Assembly (NCBI GenBank): GCA_040756085.1
Contig: JBFMAE010000405.1
Coordinates: 1 to 37,527, forward strand
Direction: 5' to 3'
DNA: 37,527 bases
DNA from: Thermodesulfobacteriota bacterium
GTDB taxonomy: Bacteria > Desulfobacterota > BSN033 > UBA1163
Shown: positions 1 through 10,053 of the stretch, one piece after another
How positions within the stretch are numbered: position 1 is the first letter of the stretch
How the letters are laid out: every line of letters starts with the position of its first letter
Program-made: the position numbers and the translations under genes
The notes under the pieces: generated by a model
The model's database searches: none
Told to the model about the DNA's origin: nothing
Seen by the model: the letters and a program-made list of their open reading frames with translations, nothing else

Positions 1-44
1 TCTGGAGACAAAATCAACTTTGCTTTTTGGCTCTTCTTTGGCAT
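1..44 (-). CDS. partial CDS, first 14 codons only (MPKKSQKAKLILSP...), product unknown
   Basis: ATG at 44..42 with GGAGGG about 7 nt upstream; runs off the left edge; same strand as and 73 nt downstream of the UbiD-like gene. Confidence 0.3.
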   Translation of the reverse strand, partial: MPKKSQKAKLILSP

Positions 45-117
45 ATTGATTCCCTCCAATCGTTTTGGAAATCAATATACCAAAACTTCTTATTTATGTA
101 AATATTTTAATGAAACG

Positions 118-1437
118 TTATACTAGTCCTACCTTCGTTGTATAAATATCTCCCCTATCTCTTATATGGGGGGGTGTCCGCCACTTTGCCGAAGGGTCTA
201 AGGCAGTAACCATTTTAGGAAGAATGACTAAATCTAAATCCCATTGGGTACGGGTGGCAATAGCCCACTCCACATCCTTAGGATCGAACGGGTCAATATC
301 ATTATCCACCACGATTACCAGTTTGAGGTCTCGGCTCGCTTCCGAAGGTGAGAGCATGGCGATGATGGCTTTATAGGGATCCGTCTCAAAATATTTTTCC
401 ATTTGGACGACGGCATGGAAACGGCAACAGCTTCCTATCGTCAGGTGGACATGGTTCACATTGGGAACAGCCTTTTTCACATGATCGAGAAGATCTGCCT
501 CTCTTGGAATACCTCCCAATAAGAAATTCTCTACAGAACTAGGGAGACAATCTAAGTAAATAGGATTTTGTCTGTGGGTGATCCCTGTGACTTTAATAAT
601 GGGATTTTTCCTTGGAGGAGTGTCGTATACCTGAGAATAATCACCAAAGGGGCCCTCAAATTCTCGGACTTCGGGGACCATCTTCCCCTCAATGGCAATT
701 TCTGCCCAGGTAGGGATTTCCACATCCACAGTTTCTGCTTTAACCACTTCTAACCCTCCATTCATCAGGGTGTTTGCAACCTCTAACTCGTCAATTTCTA
801 AGGGGACGATCCTATCAGGCATTCCCCCTTCCAACCAGGTAACTGGATCGACTCCGATGACAATGGCCACATCCAATGGTTTCCCCTTATTCTCGGCCTT
901 CTCAAATAGTTGCATCAGATGTCGATAATGGTTCACCATGATTCCAATCTTTTGCCTTCCCTTCACCCACATCCTTGCAAAAGATAGATTCCTCACCCCC
1001 GTCTCCACATCCTTTGCTATAATAATGCCTCCAGTAATATAATACCCTGCATCTTTTTCGAAATGCATCGGTATGGGAAACATACTCATTAAGTCCACCT
1101 CATTGACAATGACTTCTTTCACTGGTCCTGATTTAACTTGTTTCACTTTGCTTGGGTTCCTAGCCGCCTTTATGATCTTTTCACTTAATTCCCTTATATT
1201 TGTTCCAAGTGCTTCTGCCACAGCTTGTCGGGAGTGAAAGATGTTTGCCACCACTGGGATATCAAATCCTTTCACACGTTCAAATAAGATCGCTGTTTTA
1301 CCATCATATTTTCGTTCTATGCGAGCGATTCCGAATTTCGGTTCGACCTCCTCATGGATACGGATAAGCCTTCCTTGAGAGTCGAGAAATTCCAGAAATG
1401 ATCTTAAATCTCGAAAGGACAAGATTTCCCTCCTCAT
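118..1437 (-). CDS. UbiD-family (prFMN-dependent) decarboxylase, short ~440-aa form
   Basis: 439-aa ORF; full-length resemblance to UbiD/3-octaprenyl-4-hydroxybenzoate carboxy-lyase family (N-terminal LRSFLEFL..GRLIRI, central GYYITGGIIIAKD, C-terminal DVEWAIATR). Confidence 0.88.
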   Translation of the reverse strand: MRREILSFRDLRSFLEFLDSQGRLIRIHEEVEPKFGIARIERKYDGKTAILFERVKGFDIPVVANIFHSRQAVAEALGTNIRELSEKIIKAARNPSKVKQVKSGPVKEVIVNEVDLMSMFPIPMHFEKDAGYYITGGIIIAKDVETGVRNLSFARMWVKGRQKIGIMVNHYRHLMQLFEKAENKGKPLDVAIVIGVDPVTWLEGGMPDRIVPLEIDELEVANTLMNGGLEVVKAETVDVEIPTWAEIAIEGKMVPEVREFEGPFGDYSQVYDTPPRKNPIIKVTGITHRQNPIYLDCLPSSVENFLLGGIPREADLLDHVKKAVPNVNHVHLTIGSCCRFHAVVQMEKYFETDPYKAIIAMLSPSEASRDLKLVIVVDNDIDPFDPKDVEWAIATRTQWDLDLVILPKMVTALDPSAKWRTPPHIRDRGDIYTTKVGLV

Positions 1438-1496
1438 TCAATCCAAAAGTTATCGAATCTTGTTTTAACTCATCGATTTATATATTCATTGAACAT

Positions 1497-2225
1497 TTAA
1501 AAGGATCCTCTACCAAAAGTTTCCTTACTTAATGCCTCTAAAGCCTTTTGGATGTCCTGGATATGTTTGAGCATTAGATTCTGTGCTTCTTCAGGATCTT
1601 GATTTTTTATTGCGAGATAAATATCTTCATGATATTCAACCGTTTGCTCTACAGGTTTGGCTGATAGGATTATAGAGGATATGTTCTGTTCCATAATATC
1701 CATGATCGAATCGATCATAAAAAAGATCACCGGATTCCCTGAAGCCTGTGCAATCAATCGGTGGAACTCGAGATTGAGAAGCCTCGCCTCACTGTAGTTG
1801 CCTTTGCTCAACCAGTCTTTGGTCTCCTGTATATTCAGCCTTACCTGTTCAAGGGATTCTTCTTGAATACGCTCGGTTGCCACTTTCGCCGAAAAAGGTT
1901 CCACTGCTAAACGGGCTTCTGTAAGGTTGGAGATTTTGATCTTGTCCATAGCAAACATATTTTGAAGAAAGTTATTAACAAATTTGGTATTAGGGTCTCG
2001 AATGAAAGCACCTCCATCAGCCCCCCTCCTAATCTCCAGGATACCGAAATGCTCTAACAATCTAATGGCTTCGCGGATAGTTACACGGCTCGCCTCAAAT
2101 TGCTCCATTAATTGACGCTCAGAAGGTAGCTTGTCTCCAGGCCTAAGTTTTTTTTGGAAAACCGCTTCCTTAATCTGGTCCACAATGGCTTGTGAAATCC
2201 GGTCAGTATGTACAGATTTAAACAT
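1497..2225 (-). CDS. GntR/FadR-family transcriptional regulator (wHTH + FCD domain)
   Basis: N-terminal GntR signature LPSERQLMEQFEASRVTIREAIRLLE; helical C-terminal FCD-like domain; 242 aa. Confidence 0.9.
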   Translation of the reverse strand: MFKSVHTDRISQAIVDQIKEAVFQKKLRPGDKLPSERQLMEQFEASRVTIREAIRLLEHFGILEIRRGADGGAFIRDPNTKFVNNFLQNMFAMDKIKISNLTEARLAVEPFSAKVATERIQEESLEQVRLNIQETKDWLSKGNYSEARLLNLEFHRLIAQASGNPVIFFMIDSIMDIMEQNISSIILSAKPVEQTVEYHEDIYLAIKNQDPEEAQNLMLKHIQDIQKALEALSKETFGRGSF

Positions 2226-2251
2226 ACGTTCAAAATAATTGGGATATCATT

Positions 2252-2280
2252 TATATATATTAATGTAAGACCTTTGTCAA
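2252..2280 (-). promoter_or_regulatory. sigma-70-like promoter for the GntR gene (TTGACA-N17-TATATA on minus strand)
   Basis: Reverse complement of 2275..2280 is TTGACA; 17-nt spacer; 2252..2257 reads TATATA; lies in an AT-rich gap 27 nt upstream of the ATG. Confidence 0.35.
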
Positions 2281-2353
2281 TAAAAAAATTTTTTATTTTT
2301 TTCTTCTAAATTTCTTTTTATAAAAGTTTTGAAATCATAATTATTTTAAAGAA

Positions 2354-3472
2354 TTAGCCAATATTATTAATTCCCTTTTTTGGGAAAATGACCACTTTGA
2401 TGGGTTCTTCGCCTTCGATCTCACCTCCTGCCAACCTCACCGCCTTTTCGGCTTCTTCAAGGGGAAATCGATGGGTTACCATCTTCTCCAGAGGATATCT
2501 TCCAGATTCAGCTAATTGGATGGCCGGAATGACGGATCGAAAGTCGTGGCTGAAGACGCCTTGAACCCTTACCTCTTTGAATACGATCTTATCGATAATG
2601 AGAGGGATCTCTCTGTCCATTCCGTAAAGACCGGGAAGAATGACCGTCCCTTTCTTCTTCACCAGGTCAATGGCCGTCACACAGCCTTTCGGATTACCGG
2701 TCACGTCCATGACCAGATCCGCCATCCTTCCTTGTGTGATCTCTTTGACTATTTCCAGAGGGTCCATCTTTTCCACATTGATGATCTCATCTGCACCAAA
2801 GGTTTTTGCCAGTTCAAATCGAGCTCGATCCTTCGTCATCCCTGTTACAATAATTTTTTCTGCGCCTGCTTCCTTGGCCACGATCACTCCAGCTAAGCCC
2901 TGCTGCCCCGGACCCTCAATGACCACCGTATCTCCATGAGAAATTTCACCGATCGTACGGAGCCATCGGATCGCATTCCCCAACACGGCACAGATCAGGA
3001 CTCCCACTTCCGGAAGAAGATCATTCCTGACCCTATGGACCATTGCCCTTGGAGGAAGGTAGAGATATTCGCTGTAAGCGCCCCAGAGATGAGGTGGCTC
3101 TTTGCAGGAGATCATCGAACCATACGTAAGAAATGATTCACAGTGAATATAATCCCCTTTCCTGCAGTAGAAACATTCGCCGCAGCCGAAGGCGTACTCC
3201 ACGATGGCCCGGTCACCTGTTTGAAGCCCATGTCTTCTGGAGGCTTCTTCCCCGATCTCAGCGATCGTCCCGAAGATTTCATGACCCATAATGATGGGGT
3301 AGGGCCGAGGTGCCCGAGATGCCTTCCCTCTATACATCCCGACGTCCGAACCGCAGACTCCAACCATTTCGACCTTAAGGAGCCCTTCTTGTGGTCCGAT
3401 TTTTGGTAGGGGAAATTCCTTTAAAACCATCTTGCCAGGTGACTCAAGAACCATGGCCTTCGAGGTCTTCAT
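2354..3472 (-). CDS. zinc-dependent alcohol dehydrogenase (MDR superfamily)
   Basis: GHE motif (MGHEIFGTIAEIG), structural-zinc Cys cluster GCGECFYCRKGDYIHCE, Rossmann GPGQQGL; start overlaps upstream stop as ATGA (3469..3472). Confidence 0.9.
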   Translation of the reverse strand: MKTSKAMVLESPGKMVLKEFPLPKIGPQEGLLKVEMVGVCGSDVGMYRGKASRAPRPYPIIMGHEIFGTIAEIGEEASRRHGLQTGDRAIVEYAFGCGECFYCRKGDYIHCESFLTYGSMISCKEPPHLWGAYSEYLYLPPRAMVHRVRNDLLPEVGVLICAVLGNAIRWLRTIGEISHGDTVVIEGPGQQGLAGVIVAKEAGAEKIIVTGMTKDRARFELAKTFGADEIINVEKMDPLEIVKEITQGRMADLVMDVTGNPKGCVTAIDLVKKKGTVILPGLYGMDREIPLIIDKIVFKEVRVQGVFSHDFRSVIPAIQLAESGRYPLEKMVTHRFPLEEAEKAVRLAGGEIEGEEPIKVVIFPKKGINNIG

Positions 3473-5034
3473 CTCTCCTTCTCCCGATCGAAAACCTCTT
3501 CCATCAAATCCGAACTTTCCTGTCTCAACACCTCTTTCAACACCCTTCCCATCGTATTCTTTGGTAGATCCGTCCGGTAGACCAGATATCGGGGGATTTT
3601 AAATGGGGCCAGTTCCTGAGTGAGGAATTTCAATAGTTCATGATAGGGAAGATGCTCATTACTTTTCAGGACCACATAGGCTTTGACCTCTTCATCTCCA
3701 AAACCAGAGGGAGAAGGCACTCCGATCACTGACGATTCCAGTACCTTGGGGTGACGGTTAATCACCGTCTCCACCTCCAGCGCCGAGATGTTCTCTCCCT
3801 TTCTTCGAATAATCTCTTTCATCCGGCCGGTGAAGAAGAAGTATCCCTCTTCATCTCGAAAACCGCTATCCCCGGTATAAAGCCAACTTGACCGGACGGT
3901 TTCGGAGGTGAGGATTTCGTCCTTGAAATAGCCTTTCATCATTGCCGGGTTTCTGATCACGATTTCTCCGACAGTAAAGGGGGAAGCCACTTCTCCGTCC
4001 TTATCCAGAATCATCACTTCATTTCTGATCCGGGCATCTGGATGAGTCATGGGGAGGCCCAATCCTCCATCCTTCGATTCGCCTTCTCTCGGACTCATGA
4101 TGGCCAGGGGTGACTCCGTCAGACTATAGATGGTTTGTAGTCGAATACCAAATCGTCTCTCAAAGTCTCTGAAATGGCCTTTGGGTGCGCCACCGGCAAT
4201 CACTTTCCTCACAGAATGGTCGCGATCCTTCTCTGATTCGGGCCTGTTGTAAAGAATATGGGCGATGGCAAGAAGAAGGACGAGTTTCGTGGCCTGATAC
4301 TGTTTTGCTTGTTCCCATAACTTAGATGCGCTGAATTTTTCGATCAGGATCAAACTCGCTCCGGCGGCCATGCTGCCCATCACGGAATAAGCCTGGGCAT
4401 TGATATGAAAGAGGGGATTGGCGGTCATTACCCGATCTTCCGGTTCAATGCCAACCATATGGGCATAAGATTCTCCGGTGAGGGTATAGGTTCGGTGGGA
4501 GAGCATCACCCCTTTGGGAATGCCTGTGGTCCCGGAGGTGTAAACATAGACGGCATCCTCTTCTTCACCGATAGGTAATGGGTCTAATAATTCCTCCTGT
4601 CGATCCAGCCAGGTGGTGAAACGGATGGCCTCTGAAAGGGAATCTCCAAGGACGATGACATTTTGGAGATTCGGACATTCCTTCTTCATCCTCTTATTAA
4701 AAAGATCGCCCTCCTCTTTCTCCAGGACGATGGCCTTCGCCTCTGAATGTCGAAGAATATAAAAGATCTCCTTCTCTTTGAGAGCCAGATTGATGGGAAC
4801 CATGATGGCTCCGATCTTATTCAACCCGAACCACACATAGAGAAACTCCGGTCGGTTGGAGAGCAATAGGCAAACCCTATCGCCTCTTCGAATTCCCAGT
4901 TCCAAAAAACCATTAGCAACCTGATTGGCCTTTCGATCGAGTTCCCCATAAGTGATTTTTTGGTCCCGGAAATAGAGGTATACCTTTTCTCGATATCTTT
5001 CTACTCTCCCTTCCCAGAATTCCCGAAGACTCAT
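3469..5034 (-). CDS. AMP-forming acyl-CoA synthetase / aryl-CoA ligase (ANL superfamily)
   Basis: The true start is Met289 of the 809-aa ORF (MSLREFWEG...), at 5034 and overlapping the permease stop as ATGA. AMP-binding motif VYTSGTTGIPKGV. The 288 codons upstream are Cys/Arg/His-rich antisense-type sequence inside the permease gene. Confidence 0.9.
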   Translation of the reverse strand: MSLREFWEGRVERYREKVYLYFRDQKITYGELDRKANQVANGFLELGIRRGDRVCLLLSNRPEFLYVWFGLNKIGAIMVPINLALKEKEIFYILRHSEAKAIVLEKEEGDLFNKRMKKECPNLQNVIVLGDSLSEAIRFTTWLDRQEELLDPLPIGEEEDAVYVYTSGTTGIPKGVMLSHRTYTLTGESYAHMVGIEPEDRVMTANPLFHINAQAYSVMGSMAAGASLILIEKFSASKLWEQAKQYQATKLVLLLAIAHILYNRPESEKDRDHSVRKVIAGGAPKGHFRDFERRFGIRLQTIYSLTESPLAIMSPREGESKDGGLGLPMTHPDARIRNEVMILDKDGEVASPFTVGEIVIRNPAMMKGYFKDEILTSETVRSSWLYTGDSGFRDEEGYFFFTGRMKEIIRRKGENISALEVETVINRHPKVLESSVIGVPSPSGFGDEEVKAYVVLKSNEHLPYHELLKFLTQELAPFKIPRYLVYRTDLPKNTMGRVLKEVLRQESSDLMEEVFDREKER

Positions 5035-6938
5035 ACTCTCCTTTTCCTTCTCAATAATTGGACTCCAAAAATGATCCCGAGTACAGCCATGCCGAAGATA
5101 TCTGTATAGATACCGGGTTTGATCAGTGTCAACCCTCCTGCTAGAAGAAAGATTCGAGAGAGGTAACCCAGAGACCCGAGCATCTGGCCCATAAGCGCGG
5201 ACCCCAATGCAATACAACCCAGAATGGCTGTGAAGAAGGCAAAGAGAATATTTAAAAAACTCCCCTGCAGGATCAGCACCGGCTGGAATACAAAGAAATA
5301 GGGGACGATATAGGCGATCAATGCCAGACGCATTGCCATGAATCCTACAGCGAAAGGGGGAGCACCGGCAATCCCTGCCCCTGCAAAAGCTGCCAGAGCA
5401 ATGGGAGGAGTGATGGTGGAAAGGCAAGCATAATAGAAGACAAAGAGATGGGCAGCAAGAGGGAGGACTCCTAATTTGATCAATACGGGGCCACCCAAGA
5501 TGATGGTTAAAATATAAGCGGCAGAGGTAGTCACCCCCATCCCCAGAATCAAAGAGGTGATGGCGATAAAAGTGAGGGCTAAGGGAAGAAACCCTTTTGA
5601 GGCTTCGATAATCAGGGTGGAAAACTTCAAACCGAGACCGGTCTGCGTGACCACCCCGATGACGATCCCCGCACAAGCACAGGCCGTCACTACTTCGAGG
5701 CAACCGATTCCTCCCCTCTTCAACGCCTCGATCAACTTCATCGGCCCCATCCAGGTTACCCGCCTGACAAAACTGAAAAGAAAGACCGTCCCTATTGACC
5801 AAAGACCTGCTTTCATCGGAGAATAACCAACGGTGAGCCAGTAGACCAACAGGATGGCCGGGATGAGGAGATATCCTCTTCCTTTCAACGTATTCCATAA
5901 GTTGGGAAGTTCTTCCTTTGAAAGACCCCTCAGCCCCAATCGGATTGCCTCCAGATGAACCATATAGATCAAAGCGATATAGTAGAGGACAGCAGGAATA
6001 GCGGCAGCAATGGCCACTTCAATGTATGGAATCCCCAGCATCTCTGCAATGATAAAAGCCGCTGCACCCATAATGGGGGGCATAATCTGGCCACCCGTGG
6101 AGGCGACGGCCTCCACAGCCCCGGCAAAGGTTGGGCTATAGCCCAGCCTTTTCATCAGGGGGATGGTGAAGGACCCGGTTCCAACTACATTGGCCACCGC
6201 GCTTCCCGAGATCGTTCCGAAGAAGGAACTGGAAACCACCGCGACCTTGGCAGGTCCGCCTCTAAAATGGCCAGTGATTGAGTTGGCAAAATCGATAAAG
6301 AACTCTCCTGTTCCCGATGCAACTAAAAAGCCTCCGAAGAGAATGAAAATGTAGATGAAGGTAGCGGAGACGCCAAGGGGAAGGCCGAAGATCCCTTCGG
6401 TGGTAAGGTATTGATAGCTGATCAACGTCTCAAGATCCACCCCCCGATGTCCCCATAACCCCGGAATATATTTCCCGAGGAAGGCATAGAGGATGAAGAC
6501 CGAAGCGATGATGGGAAGAGCCCATCCCAATACCCTTCGGGTCCCTTCTAATACGAGAAGAATCAAGAGGCCGCCCAACCAGAGGTCTATTCTTGTGGCT
6601 GCTCCTCCCCTTAACACCACCTCCTTGAAGGTAACGACGAGGTGGAGCAGTGAAATCACTGAAAAGGCGATAAACACGCCATCGAGTAGCTGAACCCACC
6701 ATTTCCCCCCTTCCTTCCTCGAGGGATGGAGAAGGAAGATGAGCACAAAGGCAAAGGCCAGATGGACCGGTCTCTGGACCATGGCGGAATAGACACCGAA
6801 CTGGGCGGTATAGATGTGAAAAAGGGACATGGCCATACCCACCACAGTGATGAGGATCGCCTTCACCTGGGTGGCTTTGCTCACGATGTTTGTCTCCTTT
6901 CTCCAGTTTTGTTGATGAACAGCAATACCTTCTTCCAC
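5031..6938 (-). CDS. TRAP transporter fused permease (4TM/12TM fusion, TAXI type)
   Basis: 635-aa highly hydrophobic ORF with the conserved N-terminus ..MSLFHIYTAQFG..; genomic pairing with a TAXI binding protein and DUF1850; exact start uncertain (58-nt overlap with DUF1850 gene). Confidence 0.88.
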   Translation of the reverse strand: MEEGIAVHQQNWRKETNIVSKATQVKAILITVVGMAMSLFHIYTAQFGVYSAMVQRPVHLAFAFVLIFLLHPSRKEGGKWWVQLLDGVFIAFSVISLLHLVVTFKEVVLRGGAATRIDLWLGGLLILLVLEGTRRVLGWALPIIASVFILYAFLGKYIPGLWGHRGVDLETLISYQYLTTEGIFGLPLGVSATFIYIFILFGGFLVASGTGEFFIDFANSITGHFRGGPAKVAVVSSSFFGTISGSAVANVVGTGSFTIPLMKRLGYSPTFAGAVEAVASTGGQIMPPIMGAAAFIIAEMLGIPYIEVAIAAAIPAVLYYIALIYMVHLEAIRLGLRGLSKEELPNLWNTLKGRGYLLIPAILLVYWLTVGYSPMKAGLWSIGTVFLFSFVRRVTWMGPMKLIEALKRGGIGCLEVVTACACAGIVIGVVTQTGLGLKFSTLIIEASKGFLPLALTFIAITSLILGMGVTTSAAYILTIILGGPVLIKLGVLPLAAHLFVFYYACLSTITPPIALAAFAGAGIAGAPPFAVGFMAMRLALIAYIVPYFFVFQPVLILQGSFLNILFAFFTAILGCIALGSALMGQMLGSLGYLSRIFLLAGGLTLIKPGIYTDIFGMAVLGIIFGVQLLRRKRRV

Positions 6939-7423
6939 CCTGTTCTCTCCACCACCCGGATGGTAATGATCTCACCGGCCTCGAAATAATTCGAGAGCTC
7001 GATCTTCTCTCTTCTCCAGATCAGGGTGTGGTTGGCCAGGTCTCTCGATCCCATCATGAATTCCACCCGTTCCCTCTGTTCATTGATCTCTCTCAGCTCT
7101 CCCACCCCATCTGCCCTGAGATGAAAATTGGGATAGAAAAACCCTGCCCCATTGAGATGGGATTGGAAGGTCATATCTCTAAGAAGAATATGGTGATGGC
7201 CGTCGATCTGATAATTCTCCTGGAAGAAGGCTCGATCATAGGAATGGAGAAACCAGATGCTAAAACGATCTCCTGAGGAGACAGGAAAAGAGAGAGAGGC
7301 CTTCGACCGACCGAGGCTTGAAACTTCCAAGCGATAGGCTGGCCAGAAGGCCCATAACAGAATTCCCATCAGTGCGACTCCGATGATGATCCCTATCAAG
7401 AGAGGGCCCTTTTTAATTATCAT
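6881..7423 (-). CDS. DUF1850-like small membrane-anchored protein associated with TAXI-TRAP systems
   Basis: 180 aa with an N-terminal TM helix and motif FSIWFLHSYDRAFFQENY...GAGF; classic position between TAXI binding protein and fused permease. Confidence 0.7.
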   Translation of the reverse strand: MIIKKGPLLIGIIIGVALMGILLWAFWPAYRLEVSSLGRSKASLSFPVSSGDRFSIWFLHSYDRAFFQENYQIDGHHHILLRDMTFQSHLNGAGFFYPNFHLRADGVGELREINEQRERVEFMMGSRDLANHTLIWRREKIELSNYFEAGEIITIRVVERTGWKKVLLFINKTGERRQTS

Positions 7424-7440
7424 TGTTCAATTTCCAATTG

Positions 7441-8397
7441 TTATTTAATAATACCCTTCTCTTTGAAGAAACGGATCGCACCCGGATGAAGGGGAACGGA
7501 CATCCCCTTATCGGCATTCTCCAGAAGGATCTTCTTGAACTGAACATGGATGGCATCCAGCTCTGCCTTATGATCGAAGACCGTCTTCAAAATCTCATAA
7601 GCCAGGTCTCCAGAAAAGTCCTTATGAACAATGAAAAGTCCCATCCAGGCCAGGGTGTGATGGGGTTTGTCCATTCCGGAATAGGTCCCTGCGGGGATGG
7701 TCCTTGGAAAGTAGGCAGGAAATTTCTTATTGATCCGGTCGGCCATCTCCGGTTCGATGTCCAAGAATCGAATCTTCTTATACTGGGTCAAATCCATCAG
7801 AGTGGGGGCAGGAGTTCCCAGGGTCACGATGCCCACATCGATATTCCCGTCCTTCATAGCTGCCGTCGCTTCGGTATGGGAGATGAACTGCTCTCGGATG
7901 TCGTCATAAGTGATGCCATACTCTTTTAAAACGAGACGGGCCATGACCTCTGTCCCGCTGCCAGGGGGTCCCACTGCCACCCTCAGGTTCTTCCCTTTGA
8001 TATCGGCGATAGTCTTCACAGGAGATTTCTCTTCCACATAAAACTGGATATCGATGGGATACGTGGCGAAGAGGCCGCGGAGCTCTTCATGCTTCTCGGC
8101 CTTGAACATCTCCAACCCATTGTAGGCGAAAAAGGCAACATCAGGCATGCTGAGGGCCAGATCTTGTGTGCCTTTGCCAATTGCCCGGATGTTTTCAATG
8201 GAGGCACCCGATGGAATAGCCGTTGCGCTGACCCCTTTGACGTACTTGGTGATGAGCGTGGCCACCCCTCCTCCCAGAGGATACCACGTCCCACCGGTAC
8301 TGGCGGTGCCGATGACCAGTCGCTTTTCAGCGGCATGGCCCACACCCAACAGGATAACCAGTAAGAATAGTGTGATGAAGATAAAGGATCGTTTCAT
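7441..8397 (-). CDS. TAXI-family TRAP transporter solute-binding protein
   Basis: Signal peptide followed by RLVIGTASTGGTWYPLGGG, typical of TAXI receptors; 318 aa; start overlaps upstream stop as ATGA (8394..8397). Confidence 0.9.
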   Translation of the reverse strand: MKRSFIFITLFLLVILLGVGHAAEKRLVIGTASTGGTWYPLGGGVATLITKYVKGVSATAIPSGASIENIRAIGKGTQDLALSMPDVAFFAYNGLEMFKAEKHEELRGLFATYPIDIQFYVEEKSPVKTIADIKGKNLRVAVGPPGSGTEVMARLVLKEYGITYDDIREQFISHTEATAAMKDGNIDVGIVTLGTPAPTLMDLTQYKKIRFLDIEPEMADRINKKFPAYFPRTIPAGTYSGMDKPHHTLAWMGLFIVHKDFSGDLAYEILKTVFDHKAELDAIHVQFKKILLENADKGMSVPLHPGAIRFFKEKGIIK

Positions 8398-9932
8398 GGT
8401 TCTTCTCCTTTCCGATTTAAATATTTTTCCCTCAACACCGTCTTGAGGACCTTTCCTGAGGGATTCCTGGGAAGGTCTTCGACAAACTCAACCGATCTGG
8501 GTTTCTTATAACTGGCAAGATTATTTTTACAGTATTCGATCACCTCCTCCCCTTTCATCTTATCCCCCTTTTTTAAGACGACGAAGGCCTTCACCGACTC
8601 TCCCCAAATCGGATCAGGGATCCCGATCACTGCCACATCCTGAATCTTGGGGTGATGATAGAGCACCTCCTCGATCTCCCGGGGATAGATATTCTCCCCT
8701 CCGCTGACGATCATATCCTTCTTTCGGTCGACGATATAAACAGATCCTTCCTCGTCCATGCAAGCGAGATCCCCTGTGTGGAGCCATCCGCCCCTGAGAG
8801 CCTCGCGTGTCGCCTTTCTGTCTTTATAATACCCCTTCATCACATTGGGGCCCCGGCAGATCAATTCGCCCACCCCTCCCACTGGAACCTCTCTTTCCTG
8901 ATCATCCACGATCCTCACCTCCAAGAAGGGAAGGGGAGGGCCGACACACGCCCTCTTTCGAAGGGAGTCCTTTGCCTTGAGGATCGTAATGCTGGGAGAG
9001 GCCTCCGTGCAACCATAGACATCATAAACGCCATGGGCATTGGGAAAGAATTTTAACAATCTCTCTTTGGTCTCATCGGGAAGGATGGAAGCCCCGGTCG
9101 TACATTTGGTGACGGAGCGGGTATCGTATTTTTCCACATCCGGGAGAGCAAGCAGGAGATGATACACGGCGGGTGCCCCTGAGATCACATTTACTTTCTC
9201 TTTTTCGATGATCTCCATCACACCCCGGGGTTCGAAGCGCTTGATGAGGATGCTCGTCCCGGCCATGGCCACCCGGACGGTGAAGTGATTATTCAGGGCG
9301 GCGGTGTGGTAAAGGGGCCCAATGACCAGGGAAATCTCTCCCTCTTTGTCCTCCCTGCCCGTTATGGTGTTGATGAGATTCCACAGGATGTTCCCATGAG
9401 TGATAAGCGCACCTTTCGGTCTTCCTGTTGTTCCGGAGGTATACATCAGTTGGCACTCATCTTTTTCGGAAAGACGAACGGATGGTTCTCTATTTTCGGA
9501 TTTCTCCAGAAGCCTCTCATAATCATGAGCATCCCTCACGCGGTCTCCTATGGAGATAAAATTCTTAATCCGATGGGGCTGGGACCGGATGGTATTGACC
9601 AGGTCTGAAAATTCTTCCCCAAACACAAAGAAGTGAGCATCGGAATGATCCAGGATATATCGAACCTCATCCGGGGCGAAACGAAAATTGATGGGGGTGA
9701 AAACCCCGCCCGCCTTGGCCGTCCCCCAATAGGCTTCTACGAAATGGTTTGAATTGAAAAGCAGGACAGCGACCTTCTCCCCTTTTCTCAAACCCAATCG
9801 GAGAAGGGAGTGGGCGAATCGATTGACACGTCCATTAAATTCCTGATAGGTGAACCGCTTCTCCTCAAATAGAATGGCAATCCGTTCAGGAAATTTGTTG
9901 GCCGTAAGGGTGAGAATTTGGCCTACATCCAT
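8394..9932 (-). CDS. AMP-forming acyl-CoA synthetase (ANL superfamily), first gene of operon
   Basis: 512 aa; MYTSGTTGRPKGA AMP-binding motif, GELICRGPNVMKGYY, C-terminal PRNPSGKVLK. Confidence 0.9.
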   Translation of the reverse strand: MDVGQILTLTANKFPERIAILFEEKRFTYQEFNGRVNRFAHSLLRLGLRKGEKVAVLLFNSNHFVEAYWGTAKAGGVFTPINFRFAPDEVRYILDHSDAHFFVFGEEFSDLVNTIRSQPHRIKNFISIGDRVRDAHDYERLLEKSENREPSVRLSEKDECQLMYTSGTTGRPKGALITHGNILWNLINTITGREDKEGEISLVIGPLYHTAALNNHFTVRVAMAGTSILIKRFEPRGVMEIIEKEKVNVISGAPAVYHLLLALPDVEKYDTRSVTKCTTGASILPDETKERLLKFFPNAHGVYDVYGCTEASPSITILKAKDSLRKRACVGPPLPFLEVRIVDDQEREVPVGGVGELICRGPNVMKGYYKDRKATREALRGGWLHTGDLACMDEEGSVYIVDRKKDMIVSGGENIYPREIEEVLYHHPKIQDVAVIGIPDPIWGESVKAFVVLKKGDKMKGEEVIEYCKNNLASYKKPRSVEFVEDLPRNPSGKVLKTVLREKYLNRKGEEP

Positions 9933-9990
9933 AAGGGTCTTCTTCTTTTTTACAAGAATCTATTAAAAATCAAAGGATCCGTCAAGTAAG

Positions 9991-10019
9991 TTGACAAAAG
10001 AGGCAATTTTCGATATCTT
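9991..10019 (+). promoter_or_regulatory. sigma-70-like promoter for the gamma-CA-like gene (TTGACA-N17-TATCTT)
   Basis: TTGACA at 9991..9996, 17-nt spacer, TATCTT at 10014..10019; 35 nt upstream of the ATG. It overlaps the palindrome GTCAAgtaagTTGAC (9981..9995) in the divergent control region. Confidence 0.35.
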
Positions 10020-10053
10020 CTCATCCGCCTAAACTGCGGAGAGGGGTTAAAAA

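Noticed and set aside
5035-5898. 288-codon N-terminal extension of the 809-aa ORF (3469..5898)
   Set aside because: It lies entirely inside the TRAP permease gene in another frame. The composition is Cys/Arg/His/Ser-rich with no family resemblance. The ligase homology starts exactly at Met289 (5034), which forms an ATGA overlap with the permease stop.
6430-6975. 181-aa minus-strand ORF overlapping the permease and DUF1850 genes
   Set aside because: Shadow frame of a strongly supported membrane-protein gene; Arg/Gly/Pro/His-rich composition with no recognisable motifs.
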